Counted from the first letter of the stretch, positions 45,145-54,912 are shown. The stretch: DNA of 64,000 nt from an uncultured Candidatus Saccharibacteria bacterium (GCA_964646765.1 CAZYIA010000001.1:65334-129333), one strand, 5' to 3'. Numbers and translations: made by a program. Notes: a model not told the origin generated them from the letters alone.

Positions 45145-45906
45145 ATGGATAATGTCCAAGTGATTGTTCTTGCAGCCGGAAAAGGAAAACGGATGGAAAG
45201 TGATCGCCCAAAAGCGCTAACTCCGCTTCACGGTAAAACATTTTTACATCATCAACTCGATCGAATTCAGAAAGCTAACTTTGCGCATAAACCAATCGTT
45301 GTTGTTGGTCATAAAAAAGAAGATGTTCTTGAGGCGCTCGGTCACGAAGCGTATCCGTATGCTTTTCAAGAAGAACAGCTTGGTACCGGTCACGCAACGC
45401 GTATGGCGCAACACCTTGTGCCAAATGAGGTAGAAACGGTAATCGTGCTCTTTGCTGATAATCCGTTGGTACGTCCGGAAACTATTCGTGAGCTTGCTAA
45501 AAAGCGTGCAGAAACCAAAGCACCGGTTGTGATGGCTACCACGGACATTGGGGACTATAACGAATGGCGCGGTGAAGCCTTTGGTAATTTCGGCCGCATT
45601 TTACGTGATGAGAAAGGAAAAGTGCGAAAGATTGTTGAATTTAAAAACTGCACACCTGAAGAACTCAAAGTAACCGAAGTAAATCCTGGCTATTTAGCCT
45701 TTGAACCAGAATGGCTTTGGAAAAAGCTCATGGAACTTAAGAACGATAATGCTCAAGGAGAGTACTTTCTTGTTGATCTTCCAGGTATGGCATTTAACGA
45801 AGGCCACGAGATCCCTACAGTAGAAATTAGTCCAATCGAAGCACTTGGTGCAAACACAAAAGACCAACTCGCGCTTTTGGAGGAGCTGACCAAAGATCAG
45901 TTTTAG
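45145..45906 (+). CDS. UDP-GlcNAc pyrophosphorylase-like nucleotidyltransferase (GlmU N-terminal domain only)
   Basis: VIVLAAGKGKRM, LGTGHA and NDNAQGEYFLVD align to the GlmU uridyltransferase half; the left-handed beta-helix acetyltransferase domain is absent. Confidence 0.7.
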   Translation: MDNVQVIVLAAGKGKRMESDRPKALTPLHGKTFLHHQLDRIQKANFAHKPIVVVGHKKEDVLEALGHEAYPYAFQEEQLGTGHATRMAQHLVPNEVETVIVLFADNPLVRPETIRELAKKRAETKAPVVMATTDIGDYNEWRGEAFGNFGRILRDEKGKVRKIVEFKNCTPEELKVTEVNPGYLAFEPEWLWKKLMELKNDNAQGEYFLVDLPGMAFNEGHEIPTVEISPIEALGANTKDQLALLEELTKDQF

Positions 45907-46033
45907 ACACTTGACCATAGTTTTGTATTTAGTACTCTGTAATAGAGTCTCGTTTTAAAAGTAGGGTATTTAGTATAGAGTTTGCGGCCTCATGGCGTCG
46001 GTTCTATATTCAATAACCTAAAATAGAATAATT

Positions 46034-46282
46034 ATGGAAGGAACGGATTTTAAACTGTCCATCACTTTTCGTGGTGCTTTGTATGAGTGCTATCTTTCTG
46101 CAACAGAAAAAGTAGAAGATTGGCATATCATTGCTATTGTTGCAGATAAATTTTCGGTTTCTGGAGTAGCGATAACTGATATACGCTACGAGGCGAAACC
46201 GTGTGGGTGTCATGATTGGGAGAAACTCGACCATGATGTTTGGTATGCCCAGCAATCAGTCTCGATTGGTTTCGAGGTGTAG
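46034..46282 (+). CDS. Small hypothetical protein (82 aa)
   Basis: Only ORF in a 480-bp intergenic stretch, followed by a terminator; no motif. Confidence 0.25.
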   Translation: MEGTDFKLSITFRGALYECYLSATEKVEDWHIIAIVADKFSVSGVAITDIRYEAKPCGCHDWEKLDHDVWYAQQSVSIGFEV

Positions 46283-46348
46283 CCAGAATAACGATGCACA
46301 CTGCTCGCTTCTTACGAGTGTTTGTCAAAAGACATAAGAAAAAGACTC

Positions 46349-46380
46349 AATTCCCGTTAATGGCGGGAATTGTTTTATTT
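46349..46380. terminator. Bidirectional hairpin terminator (serves trxB on the minus strand)
   Basis: aattcccg-ttaatgg-cgggaatt followed by gttttatttt. Confidence 0.6.
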
Positions 46381-46388
46381 TAGGAATA

Positions 46389-47306
46389 CTACGCTCGCAA
46401 GAAGAGATAAATATCTTCGAGAGCTTTCACCGCATCGCCCATAGCGATGTTGTTTTGATGATAGAGGCCGTTAGTAGCGTCGCCAGCTGCCCATACGCCT
46501 TCAATTTCTGTACGTTGCGTCATTGGATCAACCGTGATCTTTTTCTGACCATCAAGAGTAAGAAAACCTTCAACGAAAGCAGTGTTTGGAATTTGGCCAA
46601 TTTCTACGAATATTCCAGAAGCAGAAAGAGTGCGCTCTGGAGCATCTTTTTCTTTAATGCGCATGCCTTTAACAAATTTTTCGCCAAGCACTTCGAGCAT
46701 CTCAACATTTTTAATAATGGTGAGTTTTGGATCTTTTGAAAGTTTTTCTACGGTTACTTCATCTGCTCGGAATGAGTCGCTGCGGTTTAAAATAGTTACA
46801 CTCTTACAGTACGCTAAAAGCTGAGCGGCGCTTTCAAAAGCTGCATTACCACCACCGATAACAATTACGTCTTGATCAGCAAAGAGCGGACCATCACATG
46901 AAGCGCAGTAGGTGAGACCTTTGTTTTCAAATTGGTCAGCACCAGGAACTGGAAGTTTGCGTCGGCCGCTTCCTGTACCAATAAGCACTGTCTTAGCTTC
47001 GGCTGTTTTTCCAGTTTCGGTAGTTACTTTAAAACCACCCTCAACTTTTTCGATCTTAGTAGCTTTTTCACCTTCAATAATTTCAAGCACCTCGCCTTTG
47101 TATTCATACACATGTGCTTTCAAGTTTTCGGAGAGTTTGGCACCAGGAAGGTGTGGAGTACCAATCCAGTTTTGGATATCTTCAGAAACGTTTGATTGGC
47201 CACCCCATTCAGCGGCAATAAGCGTTGTTTGTAAGCGTTTTCGAGCAGCATATACAGCCGCGGCGCAGCCGGCAGGGCCGCCACCGATAATGATCAAATC
47301 TTTCAT
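46389..47306 (-). CDS. trxB: Thioredoxin reductase
   Basis: IIGGGPAGCAAAVYAAR, redox-active CASCDG and GGGNAAFE NADPH site. Start moved to MKDLIIIGG. Confidence 0.9.
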   Translation of the reverse strand: MKDLIIIGGGPAGCAAAVYAARKRLQTTLIAAEWGGQSNVSEDIQNWIGTPHLPGAKLSENLKAHVYEYKGEVLEIIEGEKATKIEKVEGGFKVTTETGKTAEAKTVLIGTGSGRRKLPVPGADQFENKGLTYCASCDGPLFADQDVIVIGGGNAAFESAAQLLAYCKSVTILNRSDSFRADEVTVEKLSKDPKLTIIKNVEMLEVLGEKFVKGMRIKEKDAPERTLSASGIFVEIGQIPNTAFVEGFLTLDGQKKITVDPMTQRTEIEGVWAAGDATNGLYHQNNIAMGDAVKALEDIYLFLRA

Positions 47307-47321
47307 AGAAAGAGTATAGCA

Positions 47322-47352
47322 TACGTGAAAAGAGCCCTCTTGTGAGGGCTCT
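47322..47352 (-). terminator. Rho-independent terminator after ftsZ
   Basis: aagagccctc-ttgt-gagggctctt; on the minus strand it is followed by ttttcac. Confidence 0.65.
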
Positions 47353-47362
47353 TTTCTAGAGA

Positions 47363-48544
47363 TTATTTCTTTGGACGACGGAGGAAGGCAGGAACAGCAC
47401 TCCAATCATCAGATCCTTCATCAAAGTCTTCGTCGATGATGACCTTCTCAGGCTGTTTTTTAATGTAGTCAGCAGGAGCTGGGGTCGTTTCGCGCTTTTC
47501 TTCTGGTTCTTTTTGAACCTGTATTGGCGCTTCACGGACAACTTCCTTTTCCTTTGTTTCAACGCGAACGGCGCGAGGTTTTGGCATTTCACCAGCAAAG
47601 CCGGTAGCGATAACCGTAACTTTAAGGTCGCCCTTCTTCATACGGTCGTCATGGGTTGTACCGAAGATAACCTTAGCGTCTTTGTCGATTGATTCGGTGA
47701 TAACTTTAGCGGCTTCGTTTACTTCGTGCATGGTGAGGTCGTCGTTGCCAGAGATAGCAAAGAGAACGCCACGAGCACCGTTGATTGAAACTTCAAGAAG
47801 TGGGGAATTGATAGCTTGTGTTGCGGCCTGCACTGCGCGATTGTCGCCAGAAGCAGTACCGATACCCATAAGAGCTGTACCAGCGTCGCTCATAATTGCG
47901 CGTATGTCAGCGAAGTCTACGTTGATGAGACCTGGGGTGGTAATCAAATCAGAAATACCTTCAACAGCTTGGCGGAGGACATCATCACAAAGTGCGAATG
48001 CATCTTTGAGAGAAGTTTCTTTTCCAGCAATAGCGAGAAGACGATCGTTAGGGATGGTGATGATCGCATCAACTTCTTTTGAAAGTTCAGCGAGACCAGC
48101 TTCAGCGATGCGCATGCGCTGATTTCCTTCGAAGAAGAATGGCTTGGTAACCACGCCAACCGTGAGAATGCCTTGTTCTTTTGAAGCGCGAGCAATAACT
48201 GGGGCAGCTCCGGTTCCGGTTCCGCCACCCATACCACAGGCGATGAATACCATGTCTGCACCTTTGATAGCGTCCTGGACTTCAGCTTTGGTTTCTTCAG
48301 CAGCTTGTTTGCCAACTTCTGGATTCATTCCAGCACCAAGACCTTTGGTAAGGTTTTTACCGAGGTGAATTTTTTTGTCAGTCTGGGAATTGTGAAGGTC
48401 CTGAGTATCGGTGTTCATAGCAATGAACTCGACACCGCGTACTTTCGAAGCGACCATGTGGTTCAAGGCATTTTTACCTGATCCACCGACGCCGATGACC
48501 TTAATACGAGCGAATGTTTCGATTTCTGGAGAGATTTTTGGCAT
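47363..48544 (-). CDS. ftsZ: Cell division protein FtsZ
   Basis: [13 protein letters not shown] tubulin signature and NTD; acidic C-terminal tail. Confidence 0.95.
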   Translation of the reverse strand: MPKISPEIETFARIKVIGVGGSGKNALNHMVASKVRGVEFIAMNTDTQDLHNSQTDKKIHLGKNLTKGLGAGMNPEVGKQAAEETKAEVQDAIKGADMVFIACGMGGGTGTGAAPVIARASKEQGILTVGVVTKPFFFEGNQRMRIAEAGLAELSKEVDAIITIPNDRLLAIAGKETSLKDAFALCDDVLRQAVEGISDLITTPGLINVDFADIRAIMSDAGTALMGIGTASGDNRAVQAATQAINSPLLEVSINGARGVLFAISGNDDLTMHEVNEAAKVITESIDKDAKVIFGTTHDDRMKKGDLKVTVIATGFAGEMPKPRAVRVETKEKEVVREAPIQVQKEPEEKRETTPAPADYIKKQPEKVIIDEDFDEGSDDWSAVPAFLRRPKK

Positions 48545-48635
48545 AGGTTGCGTGGCTACTTAGTAACGTTTTCGTACTATAGCACAAGGCAAAAAAAGTG
48601 GTAAGCCTAAGGGGAAATCGAGTGGATTAGTAAAA

Positions 48636-48709
48636 GTAGTAAGAAGTAAGACGTAAGATGTAAGAAATTTGAGCACCCCTTTTTTATCTTACTACTTACT
48701 ACTTACGTC
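48636..48709. repeat. Heptad GTAAGNN direct repeats (x5) facing CTTACTA repeats (x3), forming an interrupted inverted repeat
   Basis: gtagtaagaagtaagacgtaagatgtaag ... cttactacttactacttacgtc in the ftsA-ftsZ intergenic region. Confidence 0.7.
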
Positions 48710-48718
48710 TCGCTACTT

Positions 48719-49888
48719 TTATGGCATGAATTGCTTGAAGAATGCTCGAAGTGCATCACTCGCTTTTTTTGTTCCGGCAGAAAACGAGCTTCCAGGAAGT
48801 GTGTCGTCATTTTTTGCACCAAAAAGTGTGAGACCGTATGCGACAAACCATGTTGAGTCGCGTAATTTTCCTTTCGCAGTTGGGATATCACCTTGGCCAA
48901 TTTTTGTTGGCAGCTTGAGCATACTTTTTGCAACTGTTTCAATTACCGGAATATTTGCACCACCACCAGTGATAACAATACCTGCTGGTAAAAGTTCACT
49001 TCGCTTAATTTTTTTCAGATAACGTTCGATGAGTTCAAAAATATCTGAGAGGCGAGCCTCGATAATTTCATCAAGTTTCTTTTTTGGATACACTGCAGCA
49101 TTCGTGCCGAGTTTAATGGTTTCAGCTTCTTCAAGTGGAACACGAAGACCAAGTGCAATATCGTTGGTGATATCAGTTGAACCAATACCAAAGATGTGGA
49201 GGCCAATTAATTTTTCACTTTCGTAGACGGCAAGAGATACCGTTTCGGCGCCAATGTTTACGAGGGCTGCGCCAACCATTCGCTGGCGTTCGGTTAAGGC
49301 AACAAATGAAGCTGCAACCGGGGAAGGGATAAAGTCGATTGGTTCAATACCTGCTTCAACGACTACTGATTCAAGATCATCAATATGTTGTGCAAGGGCA
49401 GTGATAAAGAGTACTTTTGTCTCGAGCTTTACACCTTTTTGGCCTTCAGGGCGACCAAGTACCTCATTACCATCCAGCTTATACGAAGTAGTATTTCGAT
49501 AGATAACCCGGCGGTTTTGAAGTGGCATTCCTTGTTCACTTTCTTTTTGAGCCTTATCAATATCAAAGGCGGTTACTTCACCGTCTGCTTTTGTGATGAT
49601 AGCCGTGCCGGTACCAACAAACGCAGAAAGTGATACACCGCCTAAAGAAATATACGCACGCTTAATGGCAACACCACTTGTTTTTTCGGCATCACGAATT
49701 GCCCGACGAAGTGATTTAACTGCTTCTTCAGGATTAATAATGTAACCATGGCGGAGTCCACGTGATTCACTGGTACCAACACCGATAACAACTGGCACTG
49801 GCGAATCTTTTAAGATTTCCGAAACCACAACACGAGTAGTATACGTGCCGATATCAATGCCTACGATAATGTGTCGAATCATTCCCAC
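48719..49888 (-). CDS. ftsA: Cell division protein FtsA
   Basis: Actin-fold N-terminus VGIDIGTYTTRVVV, then SLGGVS and ITGGGANIP. Confidence 0.9.
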   Translation of the reverse strand: MGMIRHIIVGIDIGTYTTRVVVSEILKDSPVPVVIGVGTSESRGLRHGYIINPEEAVKSLRRAIRDAEKTSGVAIKRAYISLGGVSLSAFVGTGTAIITKADGEVTAFDIDKAQKESEQGMPLQNRRVIYRNTTSYKLDGNEVLGRPEGQKGVKLETKVLFITALAQHIDDLESVVVEAGIEPIDFIPSPVAASFVALTERQRMVGAALVNIGAETVSLAVYESEKLIGLHIFGIGSTDITNDIALGLRVPLEEAETIKLGTNAAVYPKKKLDEIIEARLSDIFELIERYLKKIKRSELLPAGIVITGGGANIPVIETVAKSMLKLPTKIGQGDIPTAKGKLRDSTWFVAYGLTLFGAKNDDTLPGSSFSAGTKKASDALRAFFKQFMP

Positions 49889-49911
49889 GGGTAAGTAAGA
49901 GAAGAAGCAAA

Positions 49912-50325
49912 TTACTGAAGCGAATTTGGAAGCGGAAATCTAAACCGCTTGAGTAACTGCCGCTCTCGCGACTCCATTGTACTCCCATGATCCATTCCTT
50001 TCAAATGGAGAAGTCCGTGGATTGTGAGATACGCGGTCATCGCGCGCACTGAAAGATTAAATTTTGGCGCCTCGCGAAGAATTACGTTTGGTGCGAGGAC
50101 TAGTTCACCAGAATTTTTTGAAAGTGGAAACGAAAGTACATTTGTTGGTTTATCTTTACCTCGATACGTTCGATTTAAACGACGAGATTCAGCATTCGAA
50201 ACAAAAGCAATTGAAAGTTCGTAGGATTTTCCAAGTGCAGCTTCTTTTAAGCGCGCAAAAGGCAAGCGCTCTGGCTTGCCTTTTGTCTTGATTACGAGAG
50301 AGGTTGTTTCCGCTTTCGCTTTCAT
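49912..50325 (-). CDS. ybeY: Endoribonuclease YbeY (rRNA maturation)
   Basis: TNVLSFP and the zinc motif HGLLHLKGMDH. Confidence 0.85.
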   Translation of the reverse strand: MKAKAETTSLVIKTKGKPERLPFARLKEAALGKSYELSIAFVSNAESRRLNRTYRGKDKPTNVLSFPLSKNSGELVLAPNVILREAPKFNLSVRAMTAYLTIHGLLHLKGMDHGSTMESRERQLLKRFRFPLPNSLQ

Positions 50326-50328
50326 GTG

Positions 50329-50577
50329 TTAGCGACCGCGGTGTTCGCGCTTCTTTAGTTTACCGAGCTTTTCGAGCTTTGCATTTTCTGCGCGGCGAGC
50401 GATACGGCGGAGAGTAACTTCCTTCACTGAACGCTTTGATGCTGGACGTTCGTTGTAGCGGTTTGATTTAACTTTCTGGATGGTACCGGTATCCATCATG
50501 CGGCGGGAGAAACGGCGCAAGAGCGTTGCGTTGCTTTCGTTTGCACCTTTCTTTACTTCAACAATAACCTTTGACAT
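50329..50577 (-). CDS. rpsU: 30S ribosomal protein S21
   Basis: MSKVIVEVKKGANESNATLLRRFSRR aligns to the S21 N-terminus (VIKVRENEPFDVALRRFKR). Start moved to the internal Met. Confidence 0.7.
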   Translation of the reverse strand: MSKVIVEVKKGANESNATLLRRFSRRMMDTGTIQKVKSNRYNERPASKRSVKEVTLRRIARRAENAKLEKLGKLKKREHRGR

Positions 50578-50631
50578 ATGTCTCGCGATACTAGCACAAA
50601 AAAGTGTCCTCGGCAAGCGTTATCCTTATAG

Positions 50632-52548
50632 CTAGAGGAGGTTTTCTGGATCAACGGTAATTTCTGCCCGACCAGTGAGGTTTTCGAGTGCTTTTGTAAG
50701 TGTTTCTTCAAATGAACCACCTCGGATTTTGAGCGACCAGGTACTTTCAGGCACCCGAATAATCATGGTTATCTTTGAAGCTCGTTTGGAGCTGCTATCA
50801 AAGCCAGGAAAAATATCTGGATTCCAGGTAGTAAATTCCTCGCGCAGTTTTTTTACTTCAGTTTCCAGTATTTTTCGATCGCCGAGAACAACGGCTTTTA
50901 TAATCGTGGTATATGGGGGATAGTTAAATTGTTTGCGTTCAGCAAGTTCGCCTCGCTGCCAGTCCATGAGTGATGTTCTATTTTTTATAAAGAGAAGTGG
51001 ATGTTCTGGTTCGCTGGTTTGAATCAATAGAGTTTTTCCGGTGCGAATGCGTAAATCTTCAATGAGACGAATGATGCGCTCGTTTACTCGGTAGGATGGT
51101 ACATGAAATAAAGAATCAAATGAGACAACCATTGTTGTAGGAACACTGTTTTGAGGAAGGTAGGGAAGTGCAAGTTCTGTTCCTACTAAGACACTTCCGG
51201 GAGTTTTAAAAAATTTTTCGACAATTATTCGACCGGCTTTCACATTTTTTACTGTTGTTCGGTCAAGCCTGAATAACTTTTCTTTTGAAACGAGTTTGGC
51301 TGCTTCGGTGACGACGCTATCGATACCGATACCCAGCGGGATGAGATTCCAACTCTTACAGTTGCGGCACGTAGTGAGGCTGCCGCTTTCTTGTTTGCAG
51401 GCATTACAAATATAGGTGCGGCCAGCTTTAGTTTCGTAGAGCACCAGCGGGACACTACAATGTTCACAGCTATGGGTAGTTCCACAATCGCGGCACACCG
51501 TAAATGTTGCTACGCCATTTCGGAGAGAAAAAAGGAAAGTTTGTTCGCCCCGGTTTATTGCATCTTTAAGCGTTTCCTCCAGGGTTGGAAGAAGCATTTT
51601 AAATCCGCTTTTTGGTTTTGTTGCTTCAGTGCGCGGCACAATAGTTTCAGTGATATCGTGCGGTTTTAGAGTTGGCATGCCAACAGCGCTTATGGTTCCT
51701 TCTAAAAGCCGAGAAGTAGTAAGTACAGAAAGAATCGTGTCTGAGAGAATAACCGGCAAACCTTGTTCGCGAGCAAAGAGTTCCAAAAACTTTCGAGCAT
51801 CAAGGTGAGGGTGAGCAACACCACGATATGCTGTGGAACCTTCTTGTTCAATAATTAGCGTACCGAGATCTTTTCGCGGTAAAGCGGCAAACTGCGGTGT
51901 CCCGATAATAAGAAGCGGGTGTTCTTCTCGCAATGCACGCTCAGTTTTTTTTGAAAGTTCTTTTGAGGAAAGTTCTCCAGTAAGCGTAATGACGTACTCA
52001 GCAATACCACGAGAAAGCTCAAGAGATAATGTTTCAGCCATGTGCACCGTCGGTACGGCAATAAAGAGTGATTTTTTCCGAGCAAACCACTCACGCATGC
52101 TCGTTCGATAAAAACTTATTCGTTCTTCAAATGGTGCTTGAAGCGCTAACGTTTCTGGAACAGTATCGTGATTGCTTTCAACATGGTTCGTAAATCCTTT
52201 CCAAAATTTTTGCTCGTAGGTTAGAAATTCATGGGGAATAAAAGAAGCGAGTACCGTTGAAAGTGGAGTGACATGATACTTGGCGAGCGCTTCAGCACTT
52301 TTTAAAAACGCGGGAGTTAAAAATGATGGCCCGATAACTTTTGTTACTTTGCGCGTAGTGAATGATGCATTTTTTAGATCACTTTTGGCTTCAAGAACAT
52401 CTTTGGTCTCGGTTACCAATCCTCGAAGCTCACCAGATCGAAAGGGAACCGAAACAATAGTGCCAGGAGAAATGACCTCTTTCGTAAAATAGGTGAGAGA
52501 GCTTGCGCGGGCCTTTCGTTCAAGTGGTAGTACGGTAACGAGGTACAT
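50632..52548 (-). CDS. priA: Primosomal protein N' (PriA)-like with degenerate helicase motifs I and II
   Basis: Four CxxC pairs (CRDCG..CEHC...CNAC...CRNC) and PriA layout. The expected GSGKT site is SFYRTSM and DEEH is IEQEGS. Confidence 0.75.
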   Translation of the reverse strand: MYLVTVLPLERKARASSLTYFTKEVISPGTIVSVPFRSGELRGLVTETKDVLEAKSDLKNASFTTRKVTKVIGPSFLTPAFLKSAEALAKYHVTPLSTVLASFIPHEFLTYEQKFWKGFTNHVESNHDTVPETLALQAPFEERISFYRTSMREWFARKKSLFIAVPTVHMAETLSLELSRGIAEYVITLTGELSSKELSKKTERALREEHPLLIIGTPQFAALPRKDLGTLIIEQEGSTAYRGVAHPHLDARKFLELFAREQGLPVILSDTILSVLTTSRLLEGTISAVGMPTLKPHDITETIVPRTEATKPKSGFKMLLPTLEETLKDAINRGEQTFLFSLRNGVATFTVCRDCGTTHSCEHCSVPLVLYETKAGRTYICNACKQESGSLTTCRNCKSWNLIPLGIGIDSVVTEAAKLVSKEKLFRLDRTTVKNVKAGRIIVEKFFKTPGSVLVGTELALPYLPQNSVPTTMVVSFDSLFHVPSYRVNERIIRLIEDLRIRTGKTLLIQTSEPEHPLLFIKNRTSLMDWQRGELAERKQFNYPPYTTIIKAVVLGDRKILETEVKKLREEFTTWNPDIFPGFDSSSKRASKITMIIRVPESTWSLKIRGGSFEETLTKALENLTGRAEITVDPENLL

Positions 52549-52604
52549 ACCTTTTAGTATACAGGAGGCGCGTGACTGCTAATAACTGCACCATAGTTTT
52601 GCGC

Positions 52605-52633
52605 TTTACTGAAATACTCTTTACTCGTATACT
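52605..52633 (+). promoter_or_regulatory. Putative sigma70-type promoter for mreB (possible leaderless transcript)
   Basis: TTTACT-N17-TATACT, with the -10 ending 8 nt before the mreB ATG; no Shine-Dalgarno. Confidence 0.3.
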
Positions 52634-52641
52634 CCCCACAC

Positions 52642-53655
52642 ATGGCTTTCTTTAGCTCAAAACTTGGTATTGACCTCGGTACGGCAAACACTCTCGTGTA
52701 TGTGCCGGGTAAAGGCATTGTGCTCAATGAGCCCTCAGTAGTTGCAGTTTCTGAAATCGACAACAAAATTCTCGCCATTGGTAGTGAAGCAAAAGATATG
52801 ATCGGTAAAACGCCAGAGAGTATCATTGCGTATCGTCCAATGAAAGATGGAGTGATTGCCGACTATCGCGTTACTGAAGCAATGCTTCGTTACTATATTC
52901 AGAAAGCTCTTGGCTCGTGGAATTTTTTCAAACCAGATGTGATGGTTTCAGTTCCTGCGGGTATTAACTCAACAGAGCGTCGTGCCGTTGTTGAAGCAGC
53001 GATTCGCGCGGGAGCAAAAAATGCGTATGTGGTGAAGGAACCAATTCTTGCCGCAATCGGCGCAGGCATTCCAATTCATGAATCTCGCGGCCACATGATT
53101 GTTGATATCGGTGGTGGAACAACTGACGTCGCGGTAATTTCACTCGGTGGTATTGTGGCGTCAACCTCGGTAAAGTGCGCTGGTAATAAAATAGATACGG
53201 CGATTGCAGACTACATAAAGAAAACATTCAATCTCGCCATTGGTGATCGCACGGCAGAGAAAGTAAAAATTGAAATTGGCGCTGCGGTGCCGCTCGAGGA
53301 AGAAGTGACCATTGCTATTAAAGGCCGTGACTATATAACGGGTCTTCCGCGTACCGCTCAGGTTTCAACCAACGAAATTGTTCGCGCCATTGATAAAGAA
53401 TTAAAGCAGATGGTAAAGGCGGTAAAAGACGTTCTTGCTGAAACACCGCCAGAACTTGCTGCCGATATTATTGATGCAGGCATTATTATGACCGGTGGTA
53501 CCAGTCAGCTTCGCGCATTTCCTGAATTGGTGTTTCGAAAAACTGGCGTAAAGGCTCGGCTTGCTGATGATGCTCTCTATTGTGTTGCAAAAGGTACCGG
53601 AGAAGCCCTTCTACATCTCGATGTCTACAAAAAAGCAATCCTCTCAAAACGCTAG
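52642..53655 (+). CDS. mreB: Rod shape-determining protein MreB
   Basis: IDLGTANTLVYV and DIGGGTTD actin-fold motifs. Confidence 0.95.
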   Translation: MAFFSSKLGIDLGTANTLVYVPGKGIVLNEPSVVAVSEIDNKILAIGSEAKDMIGKTPESIIAYRPMKDGVIADYRVTEAMLRYYIQKALGSWNFFKPDVMVSVPAGINSTERRAVVEAAIRAGAKNAYVVKEPILAAIGAGIPIHESRGHMIVDIGGGTTDVAVISLGGIVASTSVKCAGNKIDTAIADYIKKTFNLAIGDRTAEKVKIEIGAAVPLEEEVTIAIKGRDYITGLPRTAQVSTNEIVRAIDKELKQMVKAVKDVLAETPPELAADIIDAGIIMTGGTSQLRAFPELVFRKTGVKARLADDALYCVAKGTGEALLHLDVYKKAILSKR

Positions 53656-54334
53656 CGAATCCAAGGCACTTTTTCCGGTTGGAACGCTACCACTTCACCA
53701 TGCCTATGTAGTGGTAGGTGATCGAGCTCAGGCGCTAAAAAGTGTTGAAGTGGCGCTCAAAGAGCGAAGCACGGGTGAAGAATCTGTTTTTACATACGAA
53801 ACATTTCAAAAAGAAGATGCGTTAGTACTTCGTGAGCGAGCGCTTCTTCGCTCACATCAAGGAATACCACGTTACTTTATTGTCGCTGCACTTGCTTGGA
53901 CTCGCGAAGCACAAAATGCACTTCTAAAAGTTCTTGAAGAACCAGTATCAGACACCCATTTCTTTTTGATTGGTCCGAGTGAGCATGAATTTTTGCCAAC
54001 CATTCGTTCACGTGTGCAAGTGGTGCATATTGAGCAGGCACTGCGCGAGAGTGCGCTACCGTTAGTTTCCGCAAAAAAATTTTTGACGAGTACTCGAGGT
54101 GAACGCTTGGCATACATTGCTCAGTTTCTAAAAGAGTTTGAAGAAAGCGAAACATCGGGTCCGCGCAGAAAAGCAGCTGTTGATTTTTTGTCAGCACTTG
54201 AAGTGCTTGTTCGTGAACAGGGGATACAAAAAAATACTCACGCGCTGGTTGCTCTTCTTACCGCAAAATCACATCTCCAAAATCAGGGCGCACTTGTAAA
54301 AATGGTTCTAGAACATATTGCGCTTATTGTGTAG
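53621..54334 (+). CDS. holB: DNA polymerase III delta-prime (HolB)-like clamp-loader subunit
   Basis: LLKVLEEP and TIRSRVQ motifs. No Walker A, as expected for delta-prime. Overlaps the mreB 3' end. Confidence 0.6.
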   Translation: MSTKKQSSQNASESKALFPVGTLPLHHAYVVVGDRAQALKSVEVALKERSTGEESVFTYETFQKEDALVLRERALLRSHQGIPRYFIVAALAWTREAQNALLKVLEEPVSDTHFFLIGPSEHEFLPTIRSRVQVVHIEQALRESALPLVSAKKFLTSTRGERLAYIAQFLKEFEESETSGPRRKAAVDFLSALEVLVREQGIQKNTHALVALLTAKSHLQNQGALVKMVLEHIALIV

Positions 54335-54372
54335 CTTGAAGCTTTAAGCTAAAAGCTGTAAGCTAGGCGTAT

Positions 54373-54912
54373 ATGGCTTACAATTTCTCATCCGCAAAAG
54401 AAGAATTTAAGAAAGTAGAGGAATGGCTTCGAAATGAATTCGGTCAGCTTCATACTGGTCGAGCAACCCCACTGGTGCTTGATGGTGTGTATGTTGATGC
54501 CTATGGTACACCTCAACCGGTAAAGAACGTTGCTTCGATTTCTGTTGAAGATCCAAAAACTCTCCGCGTTGCTCCATGGGACAAGTCTCACATCAAAGAA
54601 ATTGAAAAATCAGTACAGGCGGCGAATCTCGGACTCTCGGTTGCAACTGACGATCAAGGTCTTCGGGTTATTTTTCCAATGCTTACCACTGAAACTCGTC
54701 AGAAATTGGTGAAAGTTTTGAAAGAAAAATTGGAAGATGCGCGTATTTCAGTCCGTAAAGTTCGTGAAAGCATTATGGATGATATGAAAGCTGCCGAACT
54801 CCCCGAAGATGATGCTCGACGCGCAAAAGATGAACTTCAGAAAATTGTCGATGAGGCGAACAAAAGTTTAGAAGCGGTGTTCGAAAAGAAAGAAAAAGAG
54901 GTAATGAGCTAG
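54373..54912 (+). CDS. frr: Ribosome recycling factor
   Basis: Full-length RRF pattern (LHTGRATP, VSVEDPKTL, TTETRQKLVK). Confidence 0.9.
   Translation: MAYNFSSAKEEFKKVEEWLRNEFGQLHTGRATPLVLDGVYVDAYGTPQPVKNVASISVEDPKTLRVAPWDKSHIKEIEKSVQAANLGLSVATDDQGLRVIFPMLTTETRQKLVKVLKEKLEDARISVRKVRESIMDDMKAAELPEDDARRAKDELQKIVDEANKSLEAVFEKKEKEVMS

Noticed and set aside
48669-49022. 117-aa plus-strand ORF spanning the ftsA-ftsZ spacer
   Set aside because: It runs antisense into ftsA and across the GTAAG repeat hairpin. It is an artefact of the AT-rich spacer.
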